A DNA stretch of 10,751 nt from Candidatus Micrarchaeia archaeon (GTDB lineage: Archaea; Micrarchaeota; Micrarchaeia; CAILAH01): the NCBI GenBank assembly GCA_049970015.1, contig JBMFNT010000025.1:1-10751 (forward strand). Reading direction: 5' to 3'. Shown piece after piece: positions 8,279 through 10,751 of the stretch. A program made the position numbers and the translations under genes. The first letter of the stretch is position 1; every line of letters begins with the position of its first letter. The notes beneath the pieces were generated by a model that was not told the DNA's origin, did no database searches, and saw only the letters and a list, made by a program, of their open reading frames with translations.

Positions 8279-8388
8279 TTCTCAAGCCTTTATTGTCTTC
8301 CCCATTTATTGAGAGGGGGAGTCAGGAATCCCAAGGAAACTAGAGGGGGATACTTCCCCCTCTGGTTGGCTTCCAAAAGAAAGATGCC
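8279..8388 (-). repeat. 110-nt spacer between two tRNA fragments carrying the G5-C5 hairpin module
   Basis: Minus-strand hairpin AAGCCAACCAGAGGGGGA-AGTA-TCCCCCTCTAGTTTCCTT. Exact matches to the window start: 8353-8372 = 58-77 (20 nt), 8329-8340 = 17-28 (12 nt), 8293-8302 = 11-20 (10 nt). Confidence 0.85.
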
Positions 8389-8478
8389 TTTGAACTCTCG
8401 ACCTACGGCTCACCTAGACCACTATATCAGAGTGTGTCATATAAGACCGCCGCTCTGACCAGGCTGAGCTACTGGCCC
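8389..8478 (-). tRNA. tRNA-Ile(UAU) positions 1-59 with a 29-nt intron at 37/38 (8439..8411), broken again at 59/60, final exon absent
   Basis: Minus strand reads GGGCCAG TA GCTC AGCCTGGTCA GAGC G GCGGT CT TAT A ^intron^ A GCCGT AGGTC GAGAG TTCAAA ^G. BHB has helix CTTA/TAGG, bulges TA^T and TG^A, and intron stem GAC/GTC. The expected TCTCTCCTGGCCCA does not follow. Confidence 0.85.
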
Positions 8479-8497
8479 ACGCCTATCTATAAACAGG

Positions 8498-8516
8498 AAA
8501 AATTTATATTTGATTA
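8498..8516 (-). promoter_or_regulatory. Putative TATA box of the tRNA-Ile locus
   Basis: Minus-strand AATATAAA at about 8510..8503, roughly 25 nt upstream of G1 at 8478. Confidence 0.5.
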
Positions 8517-8539
8517 CTCATTGTTCTCTATGCGCGTTC

Positions 8540-9106
8540 TCAAATAATCTTCGATAACTCCACAAAATCTATTTCAAGTGCTCTCTTTAATGCCTGGTTA
8601 TATATTGCAGCAGCCGGATGGTATATTGGGAATATGACAAGATGATGGTATAGGTTATCAATCTTGTATGCCTTTCCATGTACTTTGCTTATCCCTGGAA
8701 ATTCAAGCCCATAGCTATCAAACAGATATTTCGATGAAAACCTTCCAAGGCCAACAATCACTTTCGGGTTTATTATTTCAATCTGGTGCTTTAAGAAAAG
8801 TGATGTACATATGCGTATTTCATCTTCTTCTGGGTCTCTGTTGTTTGGTGGCCTACACTTTACGACATTTGTTATATAGACCTCATTTCGTTTTATGCCT
8901 ACTTTTTCCAGCATCTCATTAAGGAGCATGCCAGCCCTTCCAACAAAAGGCCTACCCTGTAAATCCTCATTTTCCCCAGGCGCCTCGCCTATAAACATTA
9001 CTTTGGCATTTGGACTCCCCTCTCCAGGCACTGCATTTGTTCTTTCCTTATAAAGCGGACATTCCTTGCAAGTACGTATCTTTTCTTCAAGCTCTTTTAG
9101 TTCCAT
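8540..9106 (-). CDS. udg: Family 4 uracil-DNA glycosylase ([4Fe-4S])
   Basis: Motifs CKECPL, VPGEG, FIGEAPG..ED..GRPFVGRAG, TNVVKCRPPNNRDP, LGRFS and YHPAA. ATG at 9106 has a purine-rich SD-like AAGGGAG upstream. Confidence 0.96.
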   Translation of the reverse strand: MELKELEEKIRTCKECPLYKERTNAVPGEGSPNAKVMFIGEAPGENEDLQGRPFVGRAGMLLNEMLEKVGIKRNEVYITNVVKCRPPNNRDPEEDEIRICTSLFLKHQIEIINPKVIVGLGRFSSKYLFDSYGLEFPGISKVHGKAYKIDNLYHHLVIFPIYHPAAAIYNQALKRALEIDFVELSKII

Positions 9107-9653
9107 GTATTCTCCCTTGTTTGTATAATTTCTCCCATTCATCTTTTGTCATTGAGAACACAATTTCCCCTAAATATCTACCATTCTTATAATGCCTATC
9201 TCGCAAAGTAGCTTCATACCTAAACTTCAGTTTTTCTTTGTACAAATGTATCGCCCTTTTATTGTTCTCAATGGCGCTTATGTAGATGATATGGAGGTTT
9301 AGTGACTCAAACCCAAACTTTAGTATCGCTTTTATTGCATCTGTTCCGTACCCTTTATTCTGTAGTTTGGGGTGTATACCTATTCTTCCATACCGCGAGA
9401 TTGGATCTATACCGTGTATGCCGCAGTTTCCAATCGGTCTTTTGGTTTTTTTATCAATTATGATGAACACATAATCCGTGCCGTTTGCAGCTTTCTGCAT
9501 AGTGCTTGTAATCCAATCTTCCTCCTCCTTCTTAAACATTGGTCTGTAGATACCAACAAACTGCCTATTCTCCTCTGCGTTTGCCAGGTCGTAAACAAAC
9601 TCCAAATCTTCCTTTTCAGGCATCCTCAGCAACACTTTACTTCCAGATATCAC
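9087..9653 (-). CDS. GNAT family N-acetyltransferase (RimJ/RimL-like)
   Basis: V.LR...EDL start, IGNCG, acetyl-CoA motif QNKGYGTDA, FGFESLNLH, NKRAIHLY..L.F..E..LR and NGRY. GTG start. Confidence 0.88.
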   Translation of the reverse strand: MISGSKVLLRMPEKEDLEFVYDLANAEENRQFVGIYRPMFKKEEEDWITSTMQKAANGTDYVFIIIDKKTKRPIGNCGIHGIDPISRYGRIGIHPKLQNKGYGTDAIKAILKFGFESLNLHIIYISAIENNKRAIHLYKEKLKFRYEATLRDRHYKNGRYLGEIVFSMTKDEWEKLYKQGRIHGTKRA

Positions 9654-9708
9654 AAAATAAAATAAGGCACTAAGTAATAAAATGGTTAATGGCTATGCCC
9701 CATTACAT

Positions 9709-10311
9709 TCACGTGTTGTGATTTCCTAATGGTATAAATATTGTTCCATCTATACCTTTTAGTGCTTTCGCTTTCTTGCTTAAAACCATCTGCCCAGTGA
9801 TTGCACAGCACATCCCGTCCAGCTCATCCTGTGTGTATTTGCGTTTATCAAAAACATACCTCATTTTCCTAAACCTCAGCACTATTTTCTCTCTATTTTT
9901 TCTATCTATTCCAAAAATATCATAGCTCGCTCCTGGAAATACTTCAACAACTCTTATTCCCAGCTTTTCAATGATTTTCTTTAACCTTATCCCTCTTTTT
10001 ACAAGCATTCTCATGGGCCCAATTGTTATGGGAAAAAACCGTATCCCAAGCCTGCGCAGCTCCAAGTCGCATTCCCTGAAATGCACTCCATTTTTGTCAT
10101 CTATATCCTTTCTTCCTTTTGGTAGGGTCAGAGGTGCGTCTACTGCCACAAGCACAGGCCTGAATTTCTTAATGATGTTCATGATTTCATCATCTGTTTT
10201 GACCTTCCCGATATACACAAACTTTTTACCACACAATGTGCTTACACCAGTATCTCTCCTGTTGCTACCTGCAAGGTCTATACCGAGTATATTTTTTGTT
10301 TTTGTACTCAT
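9709..10311 (-). CDS. DUF429 family protein (predicted RNase H-fold nuclease)
   Basis: Motifs ILGIDLAG...TG, VAVDAPLTLP, RECD.EL, GPMRML..RG, VEVFPGAS and DELDG..CA. Start moved to the ATG at 10311 because the longer ORF runs into tRNA-Met. Confidence 0.88.
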   Translation of the reverse strand: MSTKTKNILGIDLAGSNRRDTGVSTLCGKKFVYIGKVKTDDEIMNIIKKFRPVLVAVDAPLTLPKGRKDIDDKNGVHFRECDLELRRLGIRFFPITIGPMRMLVKRGIRLKKIIEKLGIRVVEVFPGASYDIFGIDRKNREKIVLRFRKMRYVFDKRKYTQDELDGMCCAITGQMVLSKKAKALKGIDGTIFIPLGNHNT

Positions 10312-10328
10312 ACAACCACAAAAAAAGA

Positions 10329-10502
10329 TAGCGGGGAGTGGATTTTCACATGCACCTATTAGTTGCAAGCTTTAGTTGCAAGGGGTGCGGGGACCGCTGG
10401 GTCCCTGCTTTGAACCACCGACCTCCGGGTGACTTAAACTTTTTACAGGTTTCAGAAAAGTTTTATGAGCCCGGCGGGCACTCCAGGCTGCCCTACCCCG
10501 CT
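10329..10502 (-). tRNA. Initiator tRNA-Met(CAU) with two introns: 33 nt at 37/38 (10463..10431) and 66 nt at 59/60 (10408..10343)
   Basis: The spliced sequence AGCGGGGTAGGGCAGCCTGGAGTGCCCGCCGGGCTCATAACCCGGAGGTCGGTGGTTCAAATCCACTCCCCGCTA folds as a full cloverleaf with A1:U72 and three G:C pairs closing the anticodon stem, both initiator marks. The T-loop BHB is TTCA/TGAA with bulges AA^G and AA^T. Confidence 0.95.
10359..10382. repeat. 11-bp direct repeat inside the 59/60 intron of tRNA-Met
   Basis: TTAGTTGCAAG at 10359-10369 and 10372-10382 (period 13), each containing the palindrome TTGCAA. Confidence 0.8.
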
Positions 10503-10504
10503 GA

Positions 10505-10535
10505 TAACTTTTAAATAATAAGAATTTAAAAAGAT
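10505..10535. promoter_or_regulatory. Compact divergent promoter for tRNA-Met (-) and the pilin-like ORF (+)
   Basis: TTTAAA boxes near 10510-10515 and 10525-10531 in a 44-bp AT-rich gap between the two genes. Confidence 0.45.
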
Positions 10536-10546
10536 ATGGTGGTTTT

Positions 10547-10751
10547 CTGAGGGGTATTCTCTCATTTCTGTTGGTGATGCTGCTTGCAGAAACTGTTGTT
10601 TTAGTTTATTCAGAGTTGATTAGTGAATATAATAAAACATATTATATGGATGAACAGGTGCTTAAACTCCAAGACATATACTTTGAAAAGATTAAAGTAA
10701 AGCGAGAGGTACAGAACATACTTAACTCTGATATTCCTGGTGATAATCCAT
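10547..10751 (+). CDS. Partial membrane-anchored or secreted protein with a class III (prepilin-like) N-terminus, runs off the window end
   Basis: Open frame (L/M)RG-ILSFLLVMLLAETVVLVYSELISEYNKTYYMDEQVLKLQDIYFEKIKVKREVQNILNSDIPGDNP with no stop before the window end. RG is followed by a hydrophobic helix. The start codon is uncertain (CTG 10547 versus TTG/GTG/ATG at 10571-10577). Confidence 0.6.
   Translation, partial: MRGILSFLLVMLLAETVVLVYSELISEYNKTYYMDEQVLKLQDIYFEKIKVKREVQNILNSDIPGDNP

Noticed and set aside
8342..8363. Intrinsic terminator for the epimerase gene
   Set aside because: The hairpin has no adjacent U tract on the plus strand, lies beyond a tRNA fragment, and is better explained as the shared repeat module.
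8414..8422. GTGGTCTAG in the Ile intron resembling the start of a tRNA-Val D arm
   Set aside because: There is no acceptor strand before it or D/anticodon arm after it, and the bases are explained by the intron stem and BHB helix.
8258..8458. 66-aa plus-strand ORF
   Set aside because: It is antisense to the tRNA fragments and repeat and has no recognisable protein motif.
8243..8478. A single tRNA-Ile with one long intron joining the 5' part to the 8243-8278 end
   Set aside because: It requires an A6:A67 mismatch plus either a mismatched anticodon stem with an 8-nt variable loop or a variable-loop intron for which I could not form a BHB. The Ile part already has its own anticodon 3' strand and T-arm start.
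4203..10311. DUF99, UDG and DUF429 as a dedicated uracil-repair or defence system
   Set aside because: They sit in separate transcription units, and DUF99 is in its usual csl4-rpoL context. Co-occurrence alone is not evidence of a system.
10312..10368. N-terminal extension of the DUF429 ORF
   Set aside because: It overlaps the last exon and intron of tRNA-Met. The family motif begins just after the ATG at 10311.
230..10375. Short antisense and alternate-frame ORFs in the ORF track (e.g. 230-526, 2505-2822, 4936-5289, 6794-7081, 9971-10375)
   Set aside because: All overlap well-supported genes and show no motifs of their own.

Overview
Gene-dense, AT-rich archaeal chromosomal segment, probably from a DPANN lineage such as Micrarchaeota (inference from compactness, a tRNA/CDS overlap, non-canonical tRNA introns and a UAU anticodon). 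The minus-strand block encodes Csl4, RpoL, a DUF99 nuclease, signal peptidase I, geranylgeranyl reductase, UppS and a CpaF/VirB11-type ATPase. The plus-strand block encodes a DUF373 protein with a PRC-barrel-like tail, a winged-HTH protein and an NAD-dependent epimerase. A DUF429 protein, a RimJ/RimL acetyltransferase, a family-4 uracil-DNA glycosylase and a partial pilin-like ORF follow. The most unusual signal is in the tRNA loci, all on the minus strand and all interrupted. (1) Initiator tRNA-Met is complete and has two BHB introns, at 37/38 and 59/60. (2) A tRNA-Pro(CGG) 5' exon overlaps the ATPase stop codon and is followed by a long intervening sequence of nested G5/C5 hairpin modules. 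(3) In a chimeric locus, tRNA-Ile(UAU) positions 1-59 run through a 110-nt spacer carrying the same module into positions 38-73 of a different tRNA (Val-like). This suggests a repeat family living in tRNA introns, and either real split (trans-spliced) tRNAs made by recombination between the repeats or a misassembly at them.
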